64,000 nt of DNA from Harriotta raleighana. Its lineage: Eukaryota. The notes under the pieces were generated by a model. It ran no database searches. It was not told the DNA's origin and saw nothing but the letters and a program-made list of their open reading frames with translations. The position numbers and the translations under genes are program-made. Positions 62,881 to 64,000 of the stretch are shown one piece after another (position 1 is the first letter of the stretch; the number at the start of each line of letters is the position of its first letter). Where the stretch lies: contig JBNZDD010013721.1 in assembly GCA_050575255.1 (NCBI GenBank), forward strand, positions 8,598,055-8,662,054, read 5' to 3'.

Positions 62881-64000
62881 AGCAGCAAGCATTTATATAA
62901 TTCCACTCTCTGAGCTCTTTACAGCGCTGAAGGGGGAAGAGGGGAGAAGAGATGGATCCAGGTAAAAGTGTTAGGTTTTTAAAGTGGCTGTCAATGCTTA
63001 CATATCATTAATGGATACGTCAGGGAGCCGAGAGGACCATAGAAGGAAAAAAGGAAGGAAGCTAAACTAGCATAATATTAGCTTCGGTGTTGATATCAGA
63101 TCACAATGCATTATTCAGTGATTCTAAATTATTTCTTATATGGCATCATAAAATGTGATGCATCGTTCAATTTTGGACATAAAGTTTATGTAAAATATTC
63201 TCAATTACCTTCAATTACTGATTTGAATGCAACATGTGTAGTTATATAATGCAATAAGCATTATACTTAAGACAAAAGGTGGCTCTACGTTCCTGAAAAT
63301 GTACATTTTATGATGTCAGAAATTATTTTGAATGAAACCATTTGACCAGTCAGTTTGTTACCAAAATTGCACTTGGTGCTGCAATATTGTTCTTTCTGCT
63401 TGCGGGTGTTGATAAACTTTGAAAGACTCCAAAATTATCAAGGAGTTTGAAGTCCTCCATTTATTCAATATCTAAATTATCAGAAGCATCGTGTCATAAT
63501 AAAATCTTTATGGATTGTAACTTAATTTAGTTTGCAGTGTAGTCGTGAACAGTCATGGCAAACATGCCTACGCAGCCCAACCAATAACTTTGGATGAAAT
63601 GTAAACTGTTAAAATATGGGAAATATTATTTTCTGATAGTACATGCCACTAGATTAATCTCTTGGTATGCCCAGAGCCGAGTATGCATTTGAACAAACCG
63701 ATGTGTCTGCAGTCAATTGGCATTGAGGCCCTCGGTGACTTGACACGGATTACAAACAAATGGATGGTGCATTTTGTCAGAATGTCTTTTGTAGGATCAA
63801 TCCAAGGAGAAGAGCTAAGGTAAAGCACAGTCATTCTCATTCAGCCCTTGGAGGAGAACTTTTTTTTTAACATGGGGATCACAGGCGATCTACATACAGT
63901 ATTTATGGGCTGGCACTGTGTTCCTAACGTTTGTCTGGAGAAGCGATCTGATGTTTGTAAATCATTTGGCCCCAGTAACTTATAAAAGCCTGCCATTTGC

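Noticed and set aside
30000-64000. Second protein-coding gene (e.g. KCNG1 exons)
   Set aside because: No ORF shows recognisable protein features; small non-coding exons cannot be excluded.

Overview
Eukaryotic, AT-rich, CpG-depleted vertebrate DNA. The repeat content (tRNA-Ala-headed Deu-domain SINE, L2 and CR1 tails, SacSINE1-like and LF-SINE-like relics) points to a cartilaginous fish, probably a chimaera such as Callorhinchus milii; this is an inference from remembered consensus sequences. The window holds the 3' end of NFATC2 on the + strand: the end of the large penultimate coding exon (<1-680), a 23.9-kb last intron, a short terminal coding exon (24588-24643, VNEIIRKDLSGITARGQS*) and a ~5-kb 3' UTR ending near AATAAA at 29710. 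The remaining ~34 kb is intergenic and full of retroposon debris. Nearly all ORF-track entries are spurious. I found no convincing new multi-gene system. The most interesting signals are: an expanded HHSP-N-Q repeat in the NFATC2 C-terminal domain; three retroposon tail families with a covarying 3' stem-loop, many copies of which begin at the base of the stem; an L2 reading frame running through that stem-loop; a non-standard Deu-domain composite element; several nested insertions; an RFX X-box cluster; two CTCF-like sites; and a few perfect hairpins. Three N-separated duplications look like assembly artefacts. Repeat names and homolog comparisons come from memory, not database searches.
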